Below are positions 19,337-28,398 of a stretch of 41,308 bases of DNA, piece by piece. Source of the stretch: Candidatus Kapaibacterium sp. (lineage in GTDB: Bacteria > Bacteroidota > Ignavibacteria > Kapaibacteriales > Kapaibacteriaceae); contig JAULYI010000181.1 of the NCBI GenBank assembly GCA_032117915.1, positions 1-41,308 of the forward strand, written 5' to 3'. Under the pieces are notes generated by a model, which made no database searches, was not told the DNA's origin, and worked only from the letters and a program-made list of their open reading frames with translations. The first letter of the stretch is position 1. Every line of letters begins with the position of its first letter. The translations under genes and the position numbers were made by a program.

Positions 19337-20212
19337 ATGCGTAAGGAACGTGACATGGAATATCGACCGATGAACGACGATATGGCGGCTCGGATCACCG
19401 CCTTCATTGATGGCGCACTTGGCGACGAAGAGCGCGCCCAGGCAACAGAGGAGCTTCAACGCTCCCCGCGTCTGCAACGTCAGCTCGACGTTGAGTCTGC
19501 GCTTGTTGCCACCCTGCGTGAGCGACGCGACAGACTGCGCGCGACGCTGCCACCCACTGTAGAACGGCGCGTACGCATGGCCGTGAACGCCGAGGCAATG
19601 CCTCGGAAAACGTTTGCTGAACGGTATCCTGCGTTGAGCTTCTGGGAGTGGCAGCGAGTTATCTGGGCAGCAAGCGCCATCGTTCTCGTTGCTGTGCTCC
19701 TCCTTGAGCCGTCAGCGCTCAGGCAGCTCACCGGGTCCGGCGCCGTTGCTACAACAGCATCTCTTGATGTTCCAACCCAGTCCTACGCGAACTTCGCTTC
19801 GATCCTCAATGGTTCGTTGCAGCTCGGCAAGACAACCACGGACCAGCAGTCGCTCAAGGCATACTTCGCCAGCGAGGGAGTTGACTATGATGTGCAGTTC
19901 CCTGCCATCGAGGCAACCCTTAAGGGTGGCGTGGTGTCTGAGCATGGAGGACGCAAATTCGCGCACCTCGTGTACGAACGCGCAGGCCACACCATCTACA
20001 TGTTCGAAGTGGATCAGGAATCCCTCGACGGCAAGCAAGCAGACCTTGGTCAGGTTGTTGCCGACGATATCACGCATAGCCGTTGGCACTGGGAAGAGCG
20101 AGCCGATACTGGCACGCTGTTTGCGTGGAAAAGCAATAACGTTGTCTGCGTAGCCGTCTCCGATCTGCGTACCAACGAATTGTCCGCGCTGTTCGACCTT
20201 CAGGAACTATAA
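19337..20212 (+). CDS. Membrane-spanning anti-sigma factor with a degenerate (Zn-ligand-free) ZAS-like N-domain
   Basis: Directly follows the ECF gene, with GGAGAGG before ATG 19337. ITAFIDGALGDEER resembles the start of zf-HC2. TM segment VIWAASAIVLVAVLLL. C-terminal extracytoplasmic domain. Confidence 0.8.
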   Translation: MRKERDMEYRPMNDDMAARITAFIDGALGDEERAQATEELQRSPRLQRQLDVESALVATLRERRDRLRATLPPTVERRVRMAVNAEAMPRKTFAERYPALSFWEWQRVIWAASAIVLVAVLLLEPSALRQLTGSGAVATTASLDVPTQSYANFASILNGSLQLGKTTTDQQSLKAYFASEGVDYDVQFPAIEATLKGGVVSEHGGRKFAHLVYERAGHTIYMFEVDQESLDGKQADLGQVVADDITHSRWHWEERADTGTLFAWKSNNVVCVAVSDLRTNELSALFDLQEL

Positions 20213-20214
20213 TC

Positions 20215-20763
20215 ATGATCGCACGCTCCGTTAACGCCACGCTTGGTCTTGTCTGCTCGGCACTCATGGTCATCGGATGCACCCGAGCAACGGCACAGAC
20301 CACCGGCCCTGTGCACATCGTCGAGACGGTGAAGATGCAAGGCGCAGGCAAGGTGCTGGATTTCACGTGGCGGGATGGACAAAAGGTGCAGTCGTTCGCA
20401 CAGGCAACGGCCGGCAAGGTTGTATTGCTGAACATCTGGGCTACTTGGTGTGGCCCCTGCCGCAGAGAGATCCCGGACCTCGTAACGCTGAGCAGCGAAC
20501 TCGCACCGAAGGGCGTGGTCGTCGTCGGTGTGAGCGTTGACGATAATGACGATCGCCTGCGTACCGTAAAGAACTTCGTCGAAAAGTCCCGCATCACGTA
20601 CATGAACGTGATCGATAATGACAACAAGGACATCGCCCGACACTACGGTGTGCAGTCTATTCCGATGACGCTAGTCATCGACCGTCAGGGTAAGATCGTC
20701 GAAAAAATCATCGGTGCACGGAGCAAAGACGCCTTCATGGCCGCCCTTGCACGCGCGATGTAA
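20215..20763 (+). CDS. TlpA/ResA-family thiol:disulfide oxidoreductase, exported (possible lipoprotein)
   Basis: GKVVLLNIWATWCGPCRREIP, cis-Pro loop YGVQSIPMTLVIDRQG. Hydrophobic N-terminus ending VIGC. Confidence 0.92.
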   Translation: MIARSVNATLGLVCSALMVIGCTRATAQTTGPVHIVETVKMQGAGKVLDFTWRDGQKVQSFAQATAGKVVLLNIWATWCGPCRREIPDLVTLSSELAPKGVVVVGVSVDDNDDRLRTVKNFVEKSRITYMNVIDNDNKDIARHYGVQSIPMTLVIDRQGKIVEKIIGARSKDAFMAALARAM

Positions 20764-20770
20764 GCACGAC

Positions 20771-22075
20771 CTACCACACTCCGAGAATGATCGACGGCTC
20801 CGGTTCCACCGGGGCCGTTGTTGTTTGGAGTAGGGGGCGTAGTTGTGCGGCCGCTGCTTCGCAGCGGCGTGCGTCAGACGAATAGACCACGGCAAGCACG
20901 TCGCCTGCACGAACGGCCTGACCACACGATGCGTGGAAGACGATGCCTGCATATGGATCGACATTATCGCTCTCGCGCATGCGTCCTACCCCTGCCGTCA
21001 TGCCAACGTCTGCCACAGCGCGGGCATCAAGATCGGCAAGGAACCCGTCTGCTTCTGCATACAGCGTGATCGACGGCGTCCGTTGCCATTGCGAGTGCGT
21101 TGCAGTCCAGTTACCATTGTGTGCACGTATCATGTCGACGAAAATAGCGTAAGCCTTTCCCGATGACCAGACCTCACGCACACGTGCGAGGGCATCTTCG
21201 GGCGTGATATCCGGAAAGGCCGTCATGACCATAGCCTGCGCCAGCACCTCGGTGATCTCGACCAGATCCGGCGATGCCGCACGTACGTCGTGGAGCGCTG
21301 CTTTGGCCTCTATTGCCTCGCAGAAGTTGCCAACGGCGCGACCAAGCGGACGGTCCATCCTGGAAAACACGAAGCGCGTAGCAACACCAACGTGGGCGCA
21401 GACATCACGCATCGAAGCGGCAAGGGCATGCGCCGCTTCAAGGGTGGGCATAAACGCCCCACGACCAACCTTCATGTCCATGACGAGGCCATCAAGACCT
21501 TCGGCGAACTTCTTGCTCAGGATCGAAGCGGTGATGAGTCCGATGTTCTCGACCGTGCCCGTTGCATCACGCAGCGCATACAGGATCTTGTCTGCCGGCG
21601 CAATATCCTGTGACTGTCCCACCATGAAGAACCCATACGACCCCAGCATCGAGCGCAGCTCGTCGATCCGGTAGGTCGTGCGGTAGCCGACAATGCTCTC
21701 GAGCTTGTCTACGGTACCACCGGTATGTCCTAGGCCGCGACCACTGATCATCGGCACGGTGATGCCACAGCCCACAGCCAGCGGAACCAGCAGGAGCGAC
21801 GTCTTGTCGCCAACGCCACCCGTTGAATGCTTATCCACGGCGGGCCTCGCCGTAAAGCCACGAGCGATATGATCACCGCTCGTCGTCATCGACATCGTCA
21901 GTGCTGCCGTCTCCTCAGCGCTCAATCCCCGCGTGCACGCGGCCATCAGGAAGGCCGCGGCCTGCGCCGTCGAGACGTCGCCACTGACCACGCCACGGAC
22001 GAATTCGGCGATCTCGTCAGACGTCCAAGCATGGCCGTCGCGTTTCAGTCGAAGCAGTTCCTTGGTCGTACGCAT
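20771..22075 (-). CDS. pdp: Pyrimidine-nucleoside/thymidine phosphorylase
   Basis: KRDG N-terminus, DKHSTGGVGDKTS, ISGRGLGHTGGTVDKLESI, APADKILYALRDATGTV, SILSKK. Confidence 0.94.
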   Translation of the reverse strand: MRTTKELLRLKRDGHAWTSDEIAEFVRGVVSGDVSTAQAAAFLMAACTRGLSAEETAALTMSMTTSGDHIARGFTARPAVDKHSTGGVGDKTSLLLVPLAVGCGITVPMISGRGLGHTGGTVDKLESIVGYRTTYRIDELRSMLGSYGFFMVGQSQDIAPADKILYALRDATGTVENIGLITASILSKKFAEGLDGLVMDMKVGRGAFMPTLEAAHALAASMRDVCAHVGVATRFVFSRMDRPLGRAVGNFCEAIEAKAALHDVRAASPDLVEITEVLAQAMVMTAFPDITPEDALARVREVWSSGKAYAIFVDMIRAHNGNWTATHSQWQRTPSITLYAEADGFLADLDARAVADVGMTAGVGRMRESDNVDPYAGIVFHASCGQAVRAGDVLAVVYSSDARRCEAAAAQLRPLLQTTTAPVEPEPSIILGVW

Positions 22076-22097
22076 CGTAGTGCCGCGTTGCTGGTGG

Positions 22098-22105
22098 TAT
22101 GTTTG
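22098..22105 (+). promoter_or_regulatory. Putative -7 promoter element TATGTTTG for the trmH-like operon
   Basis: Exact TAnnTTTG match in the 34-nt gap between divergent pdp and the methyltransferase. Confidence 0.5.
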
Positions 22106-22109
22106 CAGC

Positions 22110-22901
22110 GTGTCAACAAATGTCTATCCGCCGCTGTCGCACAAGCTACGCACAACCGTACGCGACCTGCAACGCGCAGCCAACCGTGACGAGGCTCGAC
22201 AATTCATCGTCGAAGGCGTCCGCGCATGCGAAGCACTCTCTGCGACCACCCTGTTGCCCGACCTTGTGGTCGTCCGGCACGACGCCGATATCCGCGCTTC
22301 GCGCGTTGCAGCGTCGATGGCCCTGCAAGGCGTTGAGGTGGTGATGGCGTCGACGCGTGACATGGAGCTGATATGCGATGCCGTATCGCCGCAGGACCTG
22401 CTGGCCGTGGTACCGTTTCCGACGGAACGTCCGCTGGGTGACCGCGTCGTCGTGCTCGACGGAGTGCGCGATCCCGGTAATGCCGGTACAATCGTCCGCA
22501 CGGCCGCCTGGTTCGGCTTTACCGATGTGGTTTTCCTTGACGGATGCGTCGATCCGTTCCACACGAAGGTCATCCGCTCGTCGGTCGGCTCACTCGCCCA
22601 TGTGAATATCATCCGCGATGCCACGGTCGAGGCCACACGTACGGCTTGGAATGACCGCGGCGCTGTTATCGCCTCCGTCGTTTCCGGCGGAGCGTCGCCC
22701 GATGCGGTGCGTACCTCCGGCACGGTCGTCATGGTACTCGTCGGCGGCGAAGCCGACGGTCTGTCAGACCAGGCCATGGCCATGGCGATGCAGCGTGTGA
22801 CCATTCCGGGTAACTCCGACGTAGAGTCGTTGAATGCCGCCATTGCCGCGGCCATCTTGTGCTATGCGTTTCGTGCGGCTGATGCCGAAGGAGACGCCTG
22901 A
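22110..22901 (+). CDS. SpoU/TrmH family RNA 2'-O-methyltransferase
   Basis: FIVEG, SPQDLLAVV, VVLDGVRDPGNAGTIVRTA, KVIRSSVG, GGEADGLS, ESLNAAIA. GTG 22110 chosen because the ORF-track start lies inside pdp. Confidence 0.88.
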   Translation: MSTNVYPPLSHKLRTTVRDLQRAANRDEARQFIVEGVRACEALSATTLLPDLVVVRHDADIRASRVAASMALQGVEVVMASTRDMELICDAVSPQDLLAVVPFPTERPLGDRVVVLDGVRDPGNAGTIVRTAAWFGFTDVVFLDGCVDPFHTKVIRSSVGSLAHVNIIRDATVEATRTAWNDRGAVIASVVSGGASPDAVRTSGTVVMVLVGGEADGLSDQAMAMAMQRVTIPGNSDVESLNAAIAAAILCYAFRAADAEGDA

Positions 22902-23956
22902 TGCGACTCTTCACGCCCGGTCCGGTCTCCGTGCCTGCACCCGTACTGGCGGCCTGCGGCGAACCACCGATGTTTCACCGCGGAGCGGAGTTCAAGGACG
23001 TGGCCCAACGCGTCTGGACCAACCTTCGGACGGTCTTTCAAACCGTCCATCCGGTCGTGCTTCTGGCCGGCTCCGGCATGACGGGTATCGAGGCCGCAAT
23101 GGCCTCGACGGTACGCCCCGGTGACGTCGTCGTCGTGCTTGAGCACGGACGCTTCGGCGAACGCCTCACTGCCATCGCCGGTATCTACGGATCTACGGCG
23201 TCCGTCCTGCGTGTGCCCTGGGGCCAGACGATCACGTCCGGCATGGTCGCTGACCACCTTCGAACGCTCGACCGCATCGACCATGTGTGGCTGGTCCACA
23301 GTGAGACGTCGACAGGAGTAACGCTAGACCTTGAGGCGATCGCCTCCACGGTCCACACCATTGCCCCCAATGCCCTCCTTGGTGTCGATGCCATCACGAG
23401 TCTTGCGATCCATCCCGTGCTGACGGATACATGGGGACTGGATATGGTCGTAACGGCCTCGCAGAAAGGCTTTGCCTGTCCACCCGGCCTTGCTGCCGTC
23501 TGCGTCTCGTCAAGGGCCGAGGCCCACATGCGCACCCTCAGGCCTGTCTCCTATACGTTGCACCTGCCCACGGTGCTCGATAGCATGGAGAATGGCCTGT
23601 TTCCGTGGACGCCGCCGGTGACGCTCGTAGCTGGACTGGATGTTGCGCTGGGTATGCTGCTTGCCGAAGGGATGGACCACGTTTGGCAGCGCCATGCCGA
23701 CCTCACCCGCTACCTGCACGATGCCCTACAGACTCGGTCACTACACTTCTTCGGCGATGCCACGTCACATGCCGTGACGGTGGTGGAACATGGACGATCG
23801 ACAGAGATCAAGACGACACTTGCAGAGCGTCATGGCATGGTGATCGCCGGTGGCCAGGACCGGTTGCAACACCACGTGTTTCGTATCGGCACCATCGGAT
23901 GGATCGGCCGGGCAGACATCGATGCGCTGATGCATGCCCTGGACGATGTTCTCTAA
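22901..23956 (+). CDS. Class V PLP-dependent aminotransferase (alanine-glyoxylate/serine-pyruvate type)
   Basis: LFTPGP, HRG.EF, VHSETSTG, VDAITS, TASQKG (PLP lysine), IAGGQD.L..FRIG. Confidence 0.92.
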   Translation: MRLFTPGPVSVPAPVLAACGEPPMFHRGAEFKDVAQRVWTNLRTVFQTVHPVVLLAGSGMTGIEAAMASTVRPGDVVVVLEHGRFGERLTAIAGIYGSTASVLRVPWGQTITSGMVADHLRTLDRIDHVWLVHSETSTGVTLDLEAIASTVHTIAPNALLGVDAITSLAIHPVLTDTWGLDMVVTASQKGFACPPGLAAVCVSSRAEAHMRTLRPVSYTLHLPTVLDSMENGLFPWTPPVTLVAGLDVALGMLLAEGMDHVWQRHADLTRYLHDALQTRSLHFFGDATSHAVTVVEHGRSTEIKTTLAERHGMVIAGGQDRLQHHVFRIGTIGWIGRADIDALMHALDDVL

Positions 23957-23992
23957 CCACAAGCACCACACCGCACCAATCGCCTTACACCG

Positions 23993-25210
23993 ATGATCGC
24001 ACGCACCGTCGTTGTCGCTACCGGCAACAAGCACAAGATCGAAGAACTCACTGCACTCCTCAGCAGCCATGGCCTTGACCTGCACCTGATCCCGATGTCG
24101 AGCGTTGCTCCGGACCTCGTCATCGACGAGACCGGAGACACCTTCGAAGCCAATGCCTACATCAAGGCCGCACTCGTCCATGCCGCAACGGGCCTTCCGG
24201 CCCTGGCCGATGACTCGGGTCTCGAGGTCCATGCTCTGGGCGGCGCCCCTGGCGTACGCAGTGCGCGCTACAGCGGAGACAATCCAACGGATGCGTCGAA
24301 CAGGGATATGCTGCTGGAACGCATGCAGTCGCATGACGAGCGAACAGCGGCCTTCCGTTGTGTGCTGTGCTACGTCGACGATGCCCGCACGGTCTTCGGC
24401 GAAGGGGCATGTCATGGTGCCATTGCCCGCCACGAGGTCGGCACAAATGGCTTCGGCTATGATCCGCTCTTTGTTGGCGTTGGCGACGACAGATCGTTTG
24501 CCGAACTGACATCCGACGAAAAGCATGCGCGAAGCCATCGCGGTGCCGCTGTAGCGGATCTGGCGCGACGTCTGGCAGTAGAGACGGTGGAGACTGCACC
24601 GGAGGCCCATTTGGTCCGCGATGCCATGCTTCGTGCCTGCGTTGCCGCAGGGATCGGCAACATGCCGTTACTCGAACGTGCGTTGACGGTGATGCACGAT
24701 GCAGCGTCGGCGCGGATGATGTACGAAGCGCTGCTGCAATGCTATCTGTTTGGCGGCTTCCCTGCCGCCCTCGACGCGCTTGCACCGTGGTACGAGCAGG
24801 CCTCTGCACGGTCACTGATCGATCGTGCCCCCGAGGCGAAGCCGTTTGACGTGAATACGTTCGAGCAACGCGGCGAAGCGCTCTGCCGCACGATCTACGG
24901 CAGTGTGTACGATCGGATGATGCAGCGGCTTGGCGACGTTTCGCCCGACCTACGTTCATGGGTGATCATTGAGGGCTACGGCAAGACCTTGTCGCGCGAT
25001 GGCCTGTCCATTGTTGATCGCGAGCTCTGCAACGTCGCCATCCTTGCCGCACTGGGCCGACGCGCACAATGCCACTCGCACGTCCGCGGTGCGCTGCGCG
25101 TAGGCGCAACGGCAGAGGACCTACAAGACGTTGTCAACGTGGTGACGGAGACATGCGGTGGTTCACACGGCGACGTGCTCAGGGCCATGCTGGCCGAGCT
25201 TATCGCCTGA
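23993..25210 (+). CDS. rdgB: RdgB/HAM1 non-canonical purine NTP pyrophosphatase fused to a C-terminal carboxymuconolactone-decarboxylase (CMD/AhpD-like) region
   Basis: N-half: ATGNKHKIEE, ETGDTFEANAYIKA, LADDSGLEV.ALGGAPGVRSARY, GFGYDPLF, EKHARSHRG. C-half: YEALLQCYLFGGFPAAL and LSIVDRELCNVAILAALG...HVRGALRVGAT.EDL. Confidence 0.88.
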   Translation: MIARTVVVATGNKHKIEELTALLSSHGLDLHLIPMSSVAPDLVIDETGDTFEANAYIKAALVHAATGLPALADDSGLEVHALGGAPGVRSARYSGDNPTDASNRDMLLERMQSHDERTAAFRCVLCYVDDARTVFGEGACHGAIARHEVGTNGFGYDPLFVGVGDDRSFAELTSDEKHARSHRGAAVADLARRLAVETVETAPEAHLVRDAMLRACVAAGIGNMPLLERALTVMHDAASARMMYEALLQCYLFGGFPAALDALAPWYEQASARSLIDRAPEAKPFDVNTFEQRGEALCRTIYGSVYDRMMQRLGDVSPDLRSWVIIEGYGKTLSRDGLSIVDRELCNVAILAALGRRAQCHSHVRGALRVGATAEDLQDVVNVVTETCGGSHGDVLRAMLAELIA

Positions 25211-26054
25211 CAAACACCGTATCTCGAACGGCCGACGCACTACCGACAACGCCGATTCCGCCTTGCACGGAGTTCAGCAGCGGCTCGTACTGACGCGTAA
25301 AGGTGATCTGCTTAAACCAGTTTACGAAGTTTCTGTCGCCGGCAAACACGGCAAGCTCATGCTTGCCGAAATACTTGAAGGCTGCCCACGAGAAGATGCC
25401 CGGTGCCTGAACAAAGGCCAGACGAACCGGCAGGCGTCCGAGCGGCGATGCTTCATCGACGAACTCCTCGTCTCTGATCCGCCCGTTCGTATCTGCCGTA
25501 GGAGGCGTCAGATACGATCCGTACTGCAGTGTATCCAGACACGTCATGCGCAGCACGTACTCCGTTCCGGGTGCAGGTATCGTCCAGAACACCTTGAGCG
25601 AATCCACAGGTCGAAGCTCATTTTCGCGGCCCGGATAGTTCAGCGTCGGAGGAAGGTCTTTCTCCCAGATGATCCGCTCTGGTGTCCGCGTGGTGCCGGA
25701 GATCACGGATGTTCCAACGCGTGCCTCGACACGATATGCGCGTCCGGGCTGTACGAGCCACGTCGTGTCCATCGCCTCGTAATGTCCACCCGTCGTGTCA
25801 TCCACGAATCGCAACGGAATCGACATTGCCCCATCCAGCACGACGACCTCTGCATCACGGATCGATGCCCGCTCGTACGAAAAGGTATCGGTCATGGGCT
25901 GCGACCAGTAGAGCTGGACGTCGCGAACGGGTTCGTCCACGATCAGGAAGGCCTGCATCACGATCTGGGGCGTGTAGTCCGTTGGTACAGGGTCTTCGCA
26001 TGCCACAAGGAAGATGGCTGCAACAAGAGCGAGGAAGGGGCGAAGGTGGCGCAT
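25200..26054 (-). CDS. DUF4249-like lipoprotein, partner of the TonB receptor
   Basis: Lipobox FLVAC followed by EDPV. C-terminal NSVQGGIGVVGS. TGATG-coupled to the TonB receptor. Confidence 0.75.
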   Translation of the reverse strand: MRHLRPFLALVAAIFLVACEDPVPTDYTPQIVMQAFLIVDEPVRDVQLYWSQPMTDTFSYERASIRDAEVVVLDGAMSIPLRFVDDTTGGHYEAMDTTWLVQPGRAYRVEARVGTSVISGTTRTPERIIWEKDLPPTLNYPGRENELRPVDSLKVFWTIPAPGTEYVLRMTCLDTLQYGSYLTPPTADTNGRIRDEEFVDEASPLGRLPVRLAFVQAPGIFSWAAFKYFGKHELAVFAGDRNFVNWFKQITFTRQYEPLLNSVQGGIGVVGSASAVRDTVFVRR

Positions 26055-28339
26055 CAGAACTGTACTTCCAGCGAAACGGTGGGAATGATGGGAAGCAGGC
26101 GCACGTCCGTGACCTCCGGAATGGGCTTCGAGATATCGTAAAATCGGAACCAGATGTCGCGTCGCGAGTACGCGTTAAAAACATCGAGCATCACCCGCGA
26201 TCGGAGACCGGCGATCGTGGTCTTGTAGTTGACGTTCAGGTTGAGCTGATGCGAGTTTGGCAGACGCAGGCCCCATCGCTGCGACGGAACGATAACGCCG
26301 ATGCCGGCGTCGACGCCCGGGAAGTCGCCTTGCAGACGTGACGTTGCGCCGGTATAGGACTGGCCGCTCTGGAAGATGAACGTGGCACCGAATTCCCAGC
26401 GCTCGTTCATGGCGTAGAGGGCTGTGACCTTGAAGTCGTGACGTCGATCGTACTTCGGACGGAACGCCGTGCCGAAGTTGATAGAGTCAAACTGCGCTTG
26501 CACAAAGCCCAACGCATAGCCGATCCATCCGGTGAACGCACCCATCTTCTTCTGCAGGAACAACTCCGCTCCGTAGGCCTCGCCGTCACCAATGAAGAAG
26601 ACCTCGTTTACGGTCTGCGCCCTTGTCTGCGTGTTGTTCAGTTCGTTGATGTTCGCAAGCGTCTTGTAGTACAGGTCAACGTTGAAGTCATACCCTTCGG
26701 CCGGTTGCGACTCGAAGGACAAAATGTAGTGGTCTGCCCTGCCGGGCGGGACGGTGCGGTCGGTCGGCAACCATGTATCGAAAAAGGTAAAGTCGGGTAC
26801 GGTTGCCAGACGCAGGTACTGGTAGAACTGACCATACGAGGCCTTGATCGCGATGTCGTCTGCAAGCTGATACCGAAGTGCCACGCGAGGATCCACGGTG
26901 GCAAGGTCACTGAGCGCCCAGTAATTCACGCGCAGACCGCCTTGTAGGGTCAGAAGCTCAGAGACGTTGTACGTTACCTGTCCAAAGGCCGATCCGATCC
27001 GGTCCCAGATATTGAGTTTGAAGACAGCGTCGTTCTGTCCGTTCTGAGCACCACTCGAGAAGTCCTGCTTGTATGTGAAGTTGTACAGCGTTCCCTCGAA
27101 GCCAGTCTTTACGGTCAGCTCTTCGTCAACAAACCAATCCAACTCGGCCTTGAGTGAATAGTCAACGATACCGTTCTGGATCTCGAAGGTGATGCCGGCA
27201 TTATTGCCATTGAAGTCGTTTCGGTAGCTACTGGCCGACAACGTTACCACGCTGAACATGTTCTCGTCAACCACATGCTGCCAGCGCATCGACGTTGCGC
27301 GATTGCCAATGCCCACACCAAACTGGATACCGGGCTGCTCAAAGGTGAGCGCGTCATTCGTGAGGAAGCCGCTGACCGACAGTTTGTCATCGTCGGAAAG
27401 GTCCTGCGTGATCTTGGCGTTGACGTCATAGAAGCCGAAATCCGGGATCGGATTTTCGGGGTCCTGCGGGATCACGGCCTTCACCAAGTCCAGATACGTC
27501 CGACGTCCACCAATGAACCACGAGCCGTTACCGAGCGGGCCTTGCAGGGAGGCACGCGATGAGATCAGACCGATGCCGAGGACGCCTTCGACGCGGTCGC
27601 GGTTACCGTCTTTCTGCGTGACGTTCAGGACGGCCGACATACGACCACCGAATTCCGCCGGGAAGCCGCCCTTCAGCAGCTCGACATCTTTGATGGCGTC
27701 GGAGTTGAAGGCCGAGATAAAGCCGAACAGGTGTGTCGGATTATAGACCGTCATTCCGTCAAGCAATACCAGGTTCTGATCGGGCGAGCCGCCGCGGATG
27801 AAGAGGCCGCTGGATATCTGCGACGACGTCAGCACGCCGGGCAACATCTGCAAGGCGCGGAAGATGTCGGCCTCGCCACCGATCCTCATCGTGGCGATCT
27901 GTTCCATCGGCACGTTCACCTTGCTGATCGAGATCTGGCGTCGGTCGGCCTCGCGTGCGGCCGTCACGTTCACCTCGCGCAGCGTTACGTCACCGCTGGA
28001 CATAGCCACGCGTACACGCCGAGTCTCGCCTGCCTTGAAGGTGATCGACAGAGTGCGTCTGCCATAGCCGAGCATCGACACCACCACATCGTAGGTACCC
28101 GGCTTGATGTTGCTGATCGAAAAGTAGCCGCTCTTGTTGGTATATGCTCCCAGCTTGGTGCCGGTAACGGCCACCGTCGCGCCGACGAGTGTCTCCTTCG
28201 TGGTGGAATCCTCAACAAAACCACTAAGTGCTGCCAGCGTTGTGTCTCGCGGAGCAGATACTGTCGCGGCAGATACCGCAACGGTCATAAGGTAGGCAGT
28301 GAAGCAGAGAAGAACGAGCGTGTGCAGGGAACGATGCAT
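26054..28339 (-). CDS. TonB-dependent outer-membrane receptor with N-terminal carboxypeptidase-regulatory-like domain
   Basis: LSGFVEDSTTKETLVGATV. Plug LQMLPGV..LFIRGGSPDQNLVLLDG..VYNPTHLFG. KGGFPAEFGGRMSAV. Terminal Phe (VSLEVQF). Confidence 0.93.
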   Translation of the reverse strand: MHRSLHTLVLLCFTAYLMTVAVSAATVSAPRDTTLAALSGFVEDSTTKETLVGATVAVTGTKLGAYTNKSGYFSISNIKPGTYDVVVSMLGYGRRTLSITFKAGETRRVRVAMSSGDVTLREVNVTAAREADRRQISISKVNVPMEQIATMRIGGEADIFRALQMLPGVLTSSQISSGLFIRGGSPDQNLVLLDGMTVYNPTHLFGFISAFNSDAIKDVELLKGGFPAEFGGRMSAVLNVTQKDGNRDRVEGVLGIGLISSRASLQGPLGNGSWFIGGRRTYLDLVKAVIPQDPENPIPDFGFYDVNAKITQDLSDDDKLSVSGFLTNDALTFEQPGIQFGVGIGNRATSMRWQHVVDENMFSVVTLSASSYRNDFNGNNAGITFEIQNGIVDYSLKAELDWFVDEELTVKTGFEGTLYNFTYKQDFSSGAQNGQNDAVFKLNIWDRIGSAFGQVTYNVSELLTLQGGLRVNYWALSDLATVDPRVALRYQLADDIAIKASYGQFYQYLRLATVPDFTFFDTWLPTDRTVPPGRADHYILSFESQPAEGYDFNVDLYYKTLANINELNNTQTRAQTVNEVFFIGDGEAYGAELFLQKKMGAFTGWIGYALGFVQAQFDSINFGTAFRPKYDRRHDFKVTALYAMNERWEFGATFIFQSGQSYTGATSRLQGDFPGVDAGIGVIVPSQRWGLRLPNSHQLNLNVNYKTTIAGLRSRVMLDVFNAYSRRDIWFRFYDISKPIPEVTDVRLLPIIPTVSLEVQF

Positions 28340-28398
28340 TGGTGTTGTTTCCGGTGAGCGGCATGGAACGACGTTCGTGCGTTAATAGTTTCACATCG

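Noticed and set aside
20215-20763. Selenocysteine or recoding in the redox proteins
   Set aside because: Both TlpA domains have ordinary WCGPC. I saw no in-frame TGA or frameshift in any called gene.
25158-26141. 327-aa plus-strand ORF, and similar long ORFs at 963-1874, 4043-4855, 8507-9385, 17341-18135, 23765-24610 and 28725-29540
   Set aside because: All lie antisense to genes with clear family motifs and have no recognisable domains.
25200-28339. TonB receptor plus lipoprotein as a SusC/SusD polysaccharide utilisation locus
   Set aside because: The receptor is short (761 aa) without SusC hallmarks, the lipoprotein is DUF4249-like and not SusD, and there are no adjacent CAZymes.
28366-28376. 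GAAC-GAC-GTTC as a LexA (Cheo) SOS box
   Set aside because: The spacer is 3 nt instead of 4, and the flanking genes are not SOS genes.
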